A DNA stretch of 64,000 bases from positions 5,857 to 69,856 of the forward strand of contig JADHSZ010000005.1 of assembly GCA_016776635.1 (NCBI GenBank), given 5' to 3'. This document shows positions 12,542 to 20,109 of this stretch, in pieces. Position numbers and translations under genes: made by a program. The stretch is from Alphaproteobacteria bacterium. Lineage in GTDB: Bacteria > Pseudomonadota > Alphaproteobacteria > UBA11136. Position 1 is the first letter of the stretch. Every line of letters begins with the position of its first letter. Below the pieces are notes generated by a model. That model saw nothing but the letters and a program-made list of their open reading frames with translations. It was not told the origin of the DNA and ran no database searches.

Positions 12542-12577
12542 CATATAATAAACCCGACTAATTTAGTCAAGTTTTAT
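12542..12577 (-). promoter_or_regulatory. isc operon promoter (TTGACT-N17-TATATG) overlapped by an IscR type-1 site
   Basis: AAACCCGACTAATTTAGTCAAGTTT (12550-12574) matches the type-1 IscR palindrome (CCGACT...AGTCAAG) and covers the -35 and spacer. Confidence 0.85.
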
Positions 12578-12689
12578 CTCACATAATTCGTCGCGGGGTC
12601 GCACGGAGACCCTGTTTTTTTCGCTCACAGGCGCGTCAAACGCGCTGTTTCCCTGGTGTTCGCGGAACATCAGATGGACGGGAGGCATT

Positions 12690-13343
12690 ATGCCGGAAGT
12701 GATTATCAACGGCCCGGAAGGGCGAATCGAGGCGCGCTATCACCATGTGGCGGAATCGGGCGCGCCCATGGCCCTGTTGCTCCACCCCCACCCCGAGCAT
12801 GGCGGCAGCATGCACAACAAGGTGGTGTACGCGTTGTTCCAGGCCTTCGTGCAGCGCAAATTCTCGACCATGCGCTTTAATTTCCGCGGCGTGGGACGCT
12901 CCCAGGGGGAGCATGACGGAGGCGAAGGCGAGCTCTGCGATGCGGCGGCAGCCCTCGACTGGCTCCAGACCTATAATCCCAATTCCAATGTCTGTTGGGT
13001 GGCGGGATTTTCCTTCGGGGCGTGGATCGCCATGCAGCTGCTCATGCGGCGCCCGGAGATTTCCGGTTTCATCTCCCTGGCCCCGCCCGCCAATACCCAT
13101 GATTTTTCGTTCCTCGCACCCTGCCCCTCGTCGGGGCTGGTCCTGCACGGCACCAAGGACGACGTGGTGCCCGAGGAGGCGGTGGATAAGCTGGTGGCCG
13201 AGATTAACAGCCAGCGCAATATCGAAGTAGATCACCGCACCATCGACGGCGCCGACCATTTCTTCAACGACAAGCACGACGACCTGGTGGGCCACGTGAA
13301 CGATTATCTCGACGAGGCCATGGCCGAGAACGAGGCGGCCTGA
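12690..13343 (+). CDS. Alpha/beta hydrolase (conserved divergent partner of iscR in Alphaproteobacteria)
   Basis: MPEVIINGPEGRIE, HPHP, FNFRGVGRS, GFSFG nucleophile elbow, ADHFF. Confidence 0.92.
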   Translation: MPEVIINGPEGRIEARYHHVAESGAPMALLLHPHPEHGGSMHNKVVYALFQAFVQRKFSTMRFNFRGVGRSQGEHDGGEGELCDAAAALDWLQTYNPNSNVCWVAGFSFGAWIAMQLLMRRPEISGFISLAPPANTHDFSFLAPCPSSGLVLHGTKDDVVPEEAVDKLVAEINSQRNIEVDHRTIDGADHFFNDKHDDLVGHVNDYLDEAMAENEAA

Positions 13344-13356
13344 GGCTTATATCTCT

Positions 13357-14550
13357 CTATTGCGAGGGCCAGGTGACGGCGCCCCTGCCATGGCGGTACA
13401 GGGTGCCGCCGCTGACCGGCTTTGACACCCCGGTGGTGGTGGGCAGGCTCAGCGCCATGTCTTTGAGGGAGCGCACCGCCAGATAGGCGAAGGCCTGGGC
13501 CTCCAGGGCGTCGCCGTCCCACCCCACAGATTCTACGGATTCCACCGCTGCCACCTTTGCATCATCCTCCAGCGCTCCGGCCAGCGCCTTCATCAGCACC
13601 GGGTTGTGGCGGCCGCCCCCGGCCACCAACCATTGCAACGGCGGCGCGGGAAAGAACTCCCGCGCCTGGGCTACGCTGCGCGCCGTAAAGGCGGTGAGGG
13701 TAGCCGCCCCGTCGGCGGCGGAGAGGCCTTCCACCGGAGCCAGCGAGAAGGCATTGCGGTCGAGGGACTTGGGCGGCTTTTGGTCGAAAAAAGGATGGTC
13801 GAGCAGTTGCGCCAGCGCCGCTTCGTCCACCTTTCCCTTGGCCGCCAGCGCCCCGTTGGTGTCGTAGGGCCGGCCCATGGCGCGGTTGGCCCAGTCATCC
13901 ATGAGAGCGTTGCCGGGGCCGGTATCGAAAGCCAGAATTTCATCCTCTCCGGGGCCGGTCGCAGAGCCAGCGACAGAATCAGAGACAGATCCGATCCAAG
14001 TGACGTTGGCGACACCGCCGAGATTGAGAACCGCCAGGGGCTTTTCCATCTTCGCCGCCAGGGCCCCATGATAGAGAGGAGCCAGAGGCGCCCCCTGCCC
14101 GCCCGCGGCGAGATCGCTGCTGCGGAAATCGGCGATCACGTCAATACCGGTCTGGGTCGCCAGCAGGGCCCCGTCGCCGATCTGCCAGCTCCATCCCTGT
14201 TCGGGACAATGGTTTATGGTCTGGCCGTGAAACCCGATTATATCTATGCGCTCGGCTTTCAGGCGGGCCTTGAGCAGGAGCGCGGCCACCGCCCGCACGT
14301 GGACCAGGGTGCAGTCACGCGCGGCCTCGGCCACCGCGTCGCTCCAGTCTTCGCGGCGGGTTCCCAGTAACGCGCGCAACCGGTCCCGCAGCCCTCTTTC
14401 GTATTCCAGGGTCAGCGCCGGGCCGCATTCCACATGACCCTCACCATCGCTGCAGACCAGGGCCGCGTCGACGCCGTCGAGCGAGGTGCCGCTCATCATG
14501 CCGAGCGCCACCAGGCGGCCTTTTTTATGCTGCAGGTGAGGAAAAACCAT
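13357..14550 (-). CDS. anmK: Anhydro-N-acetylmuramic acid kinase
   Basis: MSGTSLDGVD, GFHGQT, GGQGAPL, NLGGVAN, FDTGPGN, EAQAFAYLA. Start approximate. Confidence 0.94.
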   Translation of the reverse strand: MVFPHLQHKKGRLVALGMMSGTSLDGVDAALVCSDGEGHVECGPALTLEYERGLRDRLRALLGTRREDWSDAVAEAARDCTLVHVRAVAALLLKARLKAERIDIIGFHGQTINHCPEQGWSWQIGDGALLATQTGIDVIADFRSSDLAAGGQGAPLAPLYHGALAAKMEKPLAVLNLGGVANVTWIGSVSDSVAGSATGPGEDEILAFDTGPGNALMDDWANRAMGRPYDTNGALAAKGKVDEAALAQLLDHPFFDQKPPKSLDRNAFSLAPVEGLSAADGAATLTAFTARSVAQAREFFPAPPLQWLVAGGGRHNPVLMKALAGALEDDAKVAAVESVESVGWDGDALEAQAFAYLAVRSLKDMALSLPTTTGVSKPVSGGTLYRHGRGAVTWPSQ

Positions 14551-14677
14551 AAAGGAAGCAAGCCGGGGCGGGAGCGGCTTGTCAAGCCAAGGCGGGGGGT
14601 GCAGCGCAAGGGGCGCGGCCTTCGTTGTGCGGCTTCGCCACATATGGTAACTGCATGGGCATGAACGGAGCCCATCC

Positions 14678-15934
14678 ATGACCGCCGCCACCTCGGATTT
14701 CCTGCGCGCCGTCAGCGAGCGCGGCTTCCTCCATCAGTGCACCGACGAGGCGGGCCTCGACGAGGCCCTGGGCAAGTCCCCCATCTCCGCCTATATCGGC
14801 TTCGACTGTACCGCCGACAGCCTTCATGTGGGCTCCCTGGTGCCCATCATGCTGTTGCGCCTTCTCCAGCGCCACGGCCACAAGCCCATCGTCCTCATGG
14901 GCGGCGGCACCACACGGGTGGGCGACCCGTCGGGCAAGGAGGAAACCCGGCAATTGCTGGACGACGCCCAGATCGCCAGCAACATGGAGGGCGTGCGCAG
15001 GGTGTTCGAACGCTTCCTCAGCTTCGGCGACGGTCCCAGCGACGCCATCATGGTGGACAATGCCGACTGGCTGTTGGGATTGAACTACATTGATTTCCTG
15101 CGCGAATTCGGCCGCCATTTCTCGGTCAACCGCATGCTCGGTTTCGATTCGGTGAAAATGCGCCTCGAGCGGGAACAGAATCTGAGCTTCCTCGAATTCA
15201 ACTACATGATCCTCCAGGCCTATGATTTTCTCGAACTGGCGCGGCGATTCGACTGTAGCCTGCAAATGGGCGGCTCCGACCAGTGGGGCAATATCGTCTC
15301 GGGCGTGGATTTGGCCCGGCGCATGGACGAACGCGCCCTGTTCGGGCTGACCTCGCCGCTGATCACCACCGCCTCGGGCGCCAAGATGGGCAAGACCGCC
15401 CAGGGCGCGGTATGGCTCAATGAAGAACGGCTCTCGGCCCTCGACTATTGGCAGTACTGGCGCAATACCGAGGATGCCGATGTGGGGCGGTTCCTGCGGC
15501 TGTTCACCGACATCGAGCTGGACGAAATATTACGGCTGGAAAAACTGCAGGGCAGCGAGATCAACGAGGCCAAGAAAACCCTCGCCACCGAGGCCACGGC
15601 GCTGTGCCGCGGCCGGGAGCAAGCGGAGGCGGCGCTGGAAACCGCGCGCCAGACCTTTGAGGAGGGCGAGACCGCCGAGGGCCTGCCCTGTTTCTCCATC
15701 CCCCGGGGTGAATTGGAATCGGGACTCCCCGCCTTTGAGATTCTATGCCGCACCGAACTTGCAACAAGCAACGGCGAGGCGCGGCGGCTGATTAAGGGCG
15801 GCGGCGCCCGCGTCAACGACCAGGTGATGGCGAGCGAAACCCAGGCCGTGAGCCTGGACGATGTGAGCGATGACGGCGTGATCAAGATTTCCGCCGGCAA
15901 GAAACGCCACGCCCTGATCTGCGTCGAAGATTAG
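14678..15934 (+). CDS. tyrS: Tyrosine--tRNA ligase
   Basis: [30 protein letters not shown]-terminal S4 domain (GKKRH). Confidence 0.97.
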   Translation: MTAATSDFLRAVSERGFLHQCTDEAGLDEALGKSPISAYIGFDCTADSLHVGSLVPIMLLRLLQRHGHKPIVLMGGGTTRVGDPSGKEETRQLLDDAQIASNMEGVRRVFERFLSFGDGPSDAIMVDNADWLLGLNYIDFLREFGRHFSVNRMLGFDSVKMRLEREQNLSFLEFNYMILQAYDFLELARRFDCSLQMGGSDQWGNIVSGVDLARRMDERALFGLTSPLITTASGAKMGKTAQGAVWLNEERLSALDYWQYWRNTEDADVGRFLRLFTDIELDEILRLEKLQGSEINEAKKTLATEATALCRGREQAEAALETARQTFEEGETAEGLPCFSIPRGELESGLPAFEILCRTELATSNGEARRLIKGGGARVNDQVMASETQAVSLDDVSDDGVIKISAGKKRHALICVED

Positions 15935-16043
15935 GTTCCGGACTCATAATTTCCGGGGAATTTCGCGGGCCATTTCCACGCCGTCCGATTGCGGCGCACC
16001 CCAGAGACGGCAAGAGACCGGACGTAATCGGAGTTGGCGCTGA

Positions 16044-16095
16044 GGTCCGCTTATGACCCATTTAGGGCCGACGTACCCTGGCCCAAAGCGGACAT
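16044..16095. repeat. Palindromic GTCCGCTT...AAGCGGAC repeat, copy A, with an internal insert of about 25 nt
   Basis: Minus strand ATGTCCGCTTTGGG-CCAGGGTACGTCGGCCCTAAA-TGGGTCATAAGCGGACC. Confidence 0.75.
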
Positions 16096-16141
16096 TTTAG
16101 AACCATGTTCTGGTCTCTGATCCGAGATTTGCGCCACCGCC

Positions 16142-16627
16142 CTACTCATTGCAAAGCATGTTGGAAGGCAAGCAGAGGCCGCCAGCCTGCTTAAGGAGGC
16201 GGTAAATCTCCTCGGCTTCCTCCCACTCTTCATCGGAACTGCCCATACCAAAAATCGGATCATCCGACAGGTATAAGAGGGATAAATTGGCGTTGTAGAG
16301 CGGCGTGTATCCGTTACCGTCCTTGAGGTTCACGTTGGCGCCGTGGCTCAGCAGCAGCCGTACGGATTTAGAGAAGCCTCCCCAGGCTGCTCTGTTGAGG
16401 GGCGTCGAGCTCTTGGTGATGGTCTTGCCGGTATCCTCGTCCACATAACTGCTCGTATAGGAACAGTTGACGCTCACCCCGGAGGCGATCAGCGCCTCCG
16501 CCCGGACGCTGTCGCCCTCGAACGCCGCCTTGGCCAGGGCCTCGCATTGGCCGTTAGCCCGCGCCACCGGGGGGCCGAGGATTGCGCCGACGAACATCAA
16601 GGCGAAAAAGACGGGGGCTGTGCGCAT
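16142..16627 (-). CDS. Predicted secreted ankyrin-repeat protein
   Basis: Signal-peptide-like N-terminus ending VARA; TPLNRAAWGG..SVRLLLSHGANVNLKDGNGYTPL ankyrin consensus. Confidence 0.8.
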   Translation of the reverse strand: MRTAPVFFALMFVGAILGPPVARANGQCEALAKAAFEGDSVRAEALIASGVSVNCSYTSSYVDEDTGKTITKSSTPLNRAAWGGFSKSVRLLLSHGANVNLKDGNGYTPLYNANLSLLYLSDDPIFGMGSSDEEWEEAEEIYRLLKQAGGLCLPSNMLCNE

Positions 16628-16741
16628 GCGAAAATTCCTTACCCGTAATATTCTCTTCGCTTTACCCGGCTTTGACAATGAGGGTCTGACCCGCCCCCAC
16701 GAAGAACACCACTTTTTAGGTTAGACTCGATGTCGAGGGAG

Positions 16742-16768
16742 GGTCCGCTTATGGCTAGTTGCAGACAT
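16742..16768. repeat. Same repeat family, copy B, co-oriented with copy A
   Basis: Minus strand ATGTCTGCAACTAGCCATAAGCGGACC; GGTCCGCTTATG is identical at 16044-16055 and 16742-16753. Confidence 0.7.
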
Positions 16769-16781
16769 CGCGAAGAGGCGG

Positions 16782-19700
16782 CTATTCCGTTTCGCCGGCC
16801 GCGTCGGGGGTGGCCTCGCCTGCCGTATCGCCGGCGGTATCTTTGGGAATGGAGGCCGCGCCGAAGGGGTCCGCCGTTGACTGCAACGAAGGTTCGCCTT
16901 TCTTTTCGCCGCTGTCATATTCCGAGCCGCCCCCGAATATGCCGAACAGGTTGCGCAACACGCCCGGAGTCAGGGCGGCCAGGGGATTGATGGAAACATC
17001 GGGGTGGCCGATGGGGCCGCTGGTATGGAAGGTGGCGGCGAACATGCCGCCGCCCTTTTCCTCGCCGGTGAGAAGCTGGCCCAGGATCGGTATCTTGCCC
17101 CAGATGCTGTTGAGGAGATAGGCCGGTACCAGGGTGCCGTCGAGTTCGGAAACATCCTTGGAGAAATCCAGCACGCCCTTGAAGGTAAGGCCCACGGACG
17201 ATCCGAAGGCTTCGCCGTCATGGATACGCACCAGCTTGTTCTCGTAGGTGAAGGGGGCGGAGAATTTTTCGAAGGCGATTCCTTTTTCTCCTTTCATCTG
17301 GGACGCAATCCCGGTCAGCGAGGCCAGAGTCAGCATGCGGGCGAGAACCGGCGCCTTGATGATATTGTAATTGGAAATTTCCAGATCACCGGAAAAGGGC
17401 CGCGACTCCTTGGAATCGTCGATCTTTCCGGAAAGCTCCAGCGTCCCGCCCCCCATATTGGGATAGGAATCGAGCCGCCGCAGCAATTCCCCGGCATTGT
17501 CGCTGGTGAGTGTTAGGCGGCGGTTCCGGCCTTCGGGCAAAATGCGGAAAACCGCATGGCCTTCCCCTCCTATATCTGCATCGAGAAAAATGGTGCGCCA
17601 GGAATCGTCCTGGTTCTGCAACAGGCCCGAAACGCTGTCGAAGCCCCCGTCGGGCTTGACCCAGAGCCGGTCCACATGAACCGACAGGGAAAGCGGCGGC
17701 GACGGTTTTTCGTCGGGATCGTCTTCGTCGAAGAGATGACTCACATCGAGCGCGGGGCCGCTCAACGTAATGTCATAGCCACCGTCGGAACGAAATCCCA
17801 CGGTGGATTTGAAATCGTTGCGGCCGGTCTTGAGCCGGTCGAAAGTGATGTTCTGGAGTTCCTTGCCGTCAGGCGTGAATACCGCCTCCCCGCCCACATC
17901 AAGGTCTTCGGCGGTAATGGAGAAGGAGCGCATTTTCGTCAGGCGTTGGTCTTCCAGGGCCAGGGAGACCCGCGCCGTCCCCGGAGACTCGGGAGGCTTG
18001 GTCCATTCCAGAAGCGCGAGATCGAGCGAGGCGTTGTTGAGATTGGCGGCAATAGAGAGATCGCCCCTGGAACCGTCGAGTTCGGTCCAGATCAACTCCA
18101 CGCCCACCGGGCCGGTAAGATAAGGCCGGGTATCGAGACCAAGCCGGCGCCGCGCCTCTTCGTCGAGGGTGGACGTCACCGTGTAGCGGCTGATGAAGGG
18201 GGCGTCGTCGGTGAAATGTTCGATCCCCGCAAGTTGCGCCGGAACGCCCTCGAAAACGGCGCTGCCCTCAACATCCATGGTTTCCTTCGTCACCTTGATG
18301 GAGAGGTCGCCCTGGGTCACGTCCTTGCCCTGAACCAGCCCCGGCAGAGTCACGTCCACAAGATTGGCGGCCGCCGAGATGGTCACCAGGGGCATGTCGA
18401 GATCGGTCCTTAAGGGGAAGTCGAACACCGCCCGTCCCGCCATTTCCCCGCCCACCTTTTGCGGATCGATGCCGAGATAGCGGGCCGCGCCCAGCGGTTC
18501 CTCGTCGAGGATGGAGAGCAGATCGCGGGCGGTGCCGCGCACCACCGCCTCGACCCGGGCCTTTTCAATATCGGTGTCGAGATCCCACAGGTTAACGATG
18601 CTGTCCTCGATGGCGAGCGGGCCGATGCGGCCGCTGGAGACATTAAAATCTATGCGGTTGTCAGTGAAAATAGCCGTCCCCGCCAGTTCCGAGGCCGGCG
18701 GCATGGGCGAGAGAAAGTCTATGGAAAGCCCGTTGAACCCCAGCTTCCCCGTCACCGACTTCATGTTTACGGCGGAAAAATCGCCGCCTGGAAGATGCAT
18801 AGAAAAAGTGGCCCGGGCTTCCCGGATAGCCCCCAGCGACATATGTGTCGTCACCCAGTTGCGCGAGGGGCCGCCCAGGGATTTAGGCCAGTAGCGTTCG
18901 AATTCGTCGAACAGAAGGTGGTTCACCACGGCGTCCACATGGAGCCGCGCATCCTCGCCGTCGGGCAGAAGCTCCCCGCTCGCGTTCAAGGTGGTGCCGC
19001 CCACATCAATGAAAACATCGTCGAGGAAGAGCTTCGCCATGTCGTTTTCGAAGCGCCCCCGCAGCGCCGCCTGTTGCACCGCCACGCCGTCATCATAGAG
19101 GCCCGGCACCACAAGAGTTCCCGCCGCGCCCGAGAAATCAAATCCGAAAAAGGGAATCCGTCCGTCGAGGTCCATGCTCACGGTCAACGTGCCGCTGACG
19201 GGAAGGGCGGCGTGTCTCAGGGGTGCGAGAAGCGCTGCCCTGGCCGCCAGAAGACCGGGATTGATCTCGGAGAAAGAAGCCCCCAGATCGACCCGTCCCG
19301 CCGCCGTGTCATAGGCGAATTCGAGGTCGAAGTGGGCCTCCTGCAGCTCTCCGGTCCCGACTCCCGTCGTGGCGTCCTGTTTGTCGTCGCTGACATCGAG
19401 ATCGAGCGCCACCTCCCCCTGGATGCCGGTTTCGTTACGGGTCAGGATGATATCCGTGTTGTTGGCCCGCCAGGTGGTTTCAAGCCGCCGGTCATCCACC
19501 ACCACCGAGGAATTGAGAATGCTGACCCGGGTCAGGTATCCCATGGAGCGTTCGTTGTTGAGAGGGGAAAGCAGGTCGGTGAGAACCCGGTGCAGGATGT
19601 CGTCGCCCTCGCCTTCGCCGAGATCAAGTTCAAACTTTCCTTCCCGGGACAAGAAAACGTCGATTCTCGGCCTCAGCACGTCGATGCTGGTGGGCGCAAC

Positions 19701-20030
19701 CATCCCCCGCAGCATGGCGCGCACGCTCAAGGAAACTGATAGTTCCGGAACCGCGGCGAGAATGTCCCCCTCGGGCCCAATCGCCTTGACGCCCACCAGG
19801 CGGATATCCAGAGTCCGTTCCCAGCCCGCCCAGGTAAGCACCGTATCTTCGAGCTCGAAACGGAACGACCCGTCCTCGGCGCGCAGGGCGTCCTGGAGAT
19901 AGGGGGTGAGGAAGGCCAAAGAGACCGGTTCTCCGGCCAGACGCCATGAAAGCAGGGCGACCAGTATGGCCGCCCCGGCAAGCGCGGAACCGAAAATATC
20001 CAGAATAAATTTCGTCGTTCGGCGAAACAC
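16782..20030 (-). CDS. YhdP/AsmA-like (DUF3971) inner-membrane-anchored protein
   Basis: 1082 aa, N-terminal TM helix, YWP..LGG..RNWV, C-terminal GTLVPAY.LN....KIPILG and INPLAALTPG; divergent from glnE. Confidence 0.85.
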   Translation of the reverse strand: MFRRTTKFILDIFGSALAGAAILVALLSWRLAGEPVSLAFLTPYLQDALRAEDGSFRFELEDTVLTWAGWERTLDIRLVGVKAIGPEGDILAAVPELSVSLSVRAMLRGMVAPTSIDVLRPRIDVFLSREGKFELDLGEGEGDDILHRVLTDLLSPLNNERSMGYLTRVSILNSSVVVDDRRLETTWRANNTDIILTRNETGIQGEVALDLDVSDDKQDATTGVGTGELQEAHFDLEFAYDTAAGRVDLGASFSEINPGLLAARAALLAPLRHAALPVSGTLTVSMDLDGRIPFFGFDFSGAAGTLVVPGLYDDGVAVQQAALRGRFENDMAKLFLDDVFIDVGGTTLNASGELLPDGEDARLHVDAVVNHLLFDEFERYWPKSLGGPSRNWVTTHMSLGAIREARATFSMHLPGGDFSAVNMKSVTGKLGFNGLSIDFLSPMPPASELAGTAIFTDNRIDFNVSSGRIGPLAIEDSIVNLWDLDTDIEKARVEAVVRGTARDLLSILDEEPLGAARYLGIDPQKVGGEMAGRAVFDFPLRTDLDMPLVTISAAANLVDVTLPGLVQGKDVTQGDLSIKVTKETMDVEGSAVFEGVPAQLAGIEHFTDDAPFISRYTVTSTLDEEARRRLGLDTRPYLTGPVGVELIWTELDGSRGDLSIAANLNNASLDLALLEWTKPPESPGTARVSLALEDQRLTKMRSFSITAEDLDVGGEAVFTPDGKELQNITFDRLKTGRNDFKSTVGFRSDGGYDITLSGPALDVSHLFDEDDPDEKPSPPLSLSVHVDRLWVKPDGGFDSVSGLLQNQDDSWRTIFLDADIGGEGHAVFRILPEGRNRRLTLTSDNAGELLRRLDSYPNMGGGTLELSGKIDDSKESRPFSGDLEISNYNIIKAPVLARMLTLASLTGIASQMKGEKGIAFEKFSAPFTYENKLVRIHDGEAFGSSVGLTFKGVLDFSKDVSELDGTLVPAYLLNSIWGKIPILGQLLTGEEKGGGMFAATFHTSGPIGHPDVSINPLAALTPGVLRNLFGIFGGGSEYDSGEKKGEPSLQSTADPFGAASIPKDTAGDTAGEATPDAAGETE

Positions 20031-20109
20031 TTCTAATGGTGCTCTTTAGCGGCCTTGACCAACGGGGCCTCTTCACGCAGTTTGCGGCAAAACGGGGGAT
20101 TACGAAAGA

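Noticed and set aside
16051..16263. Short ORFs ending MSALGQ.. and MSATSHKRT (also 16721-16918)
   Set aside because: Translations of the palindromic repeats, overlapping real genes
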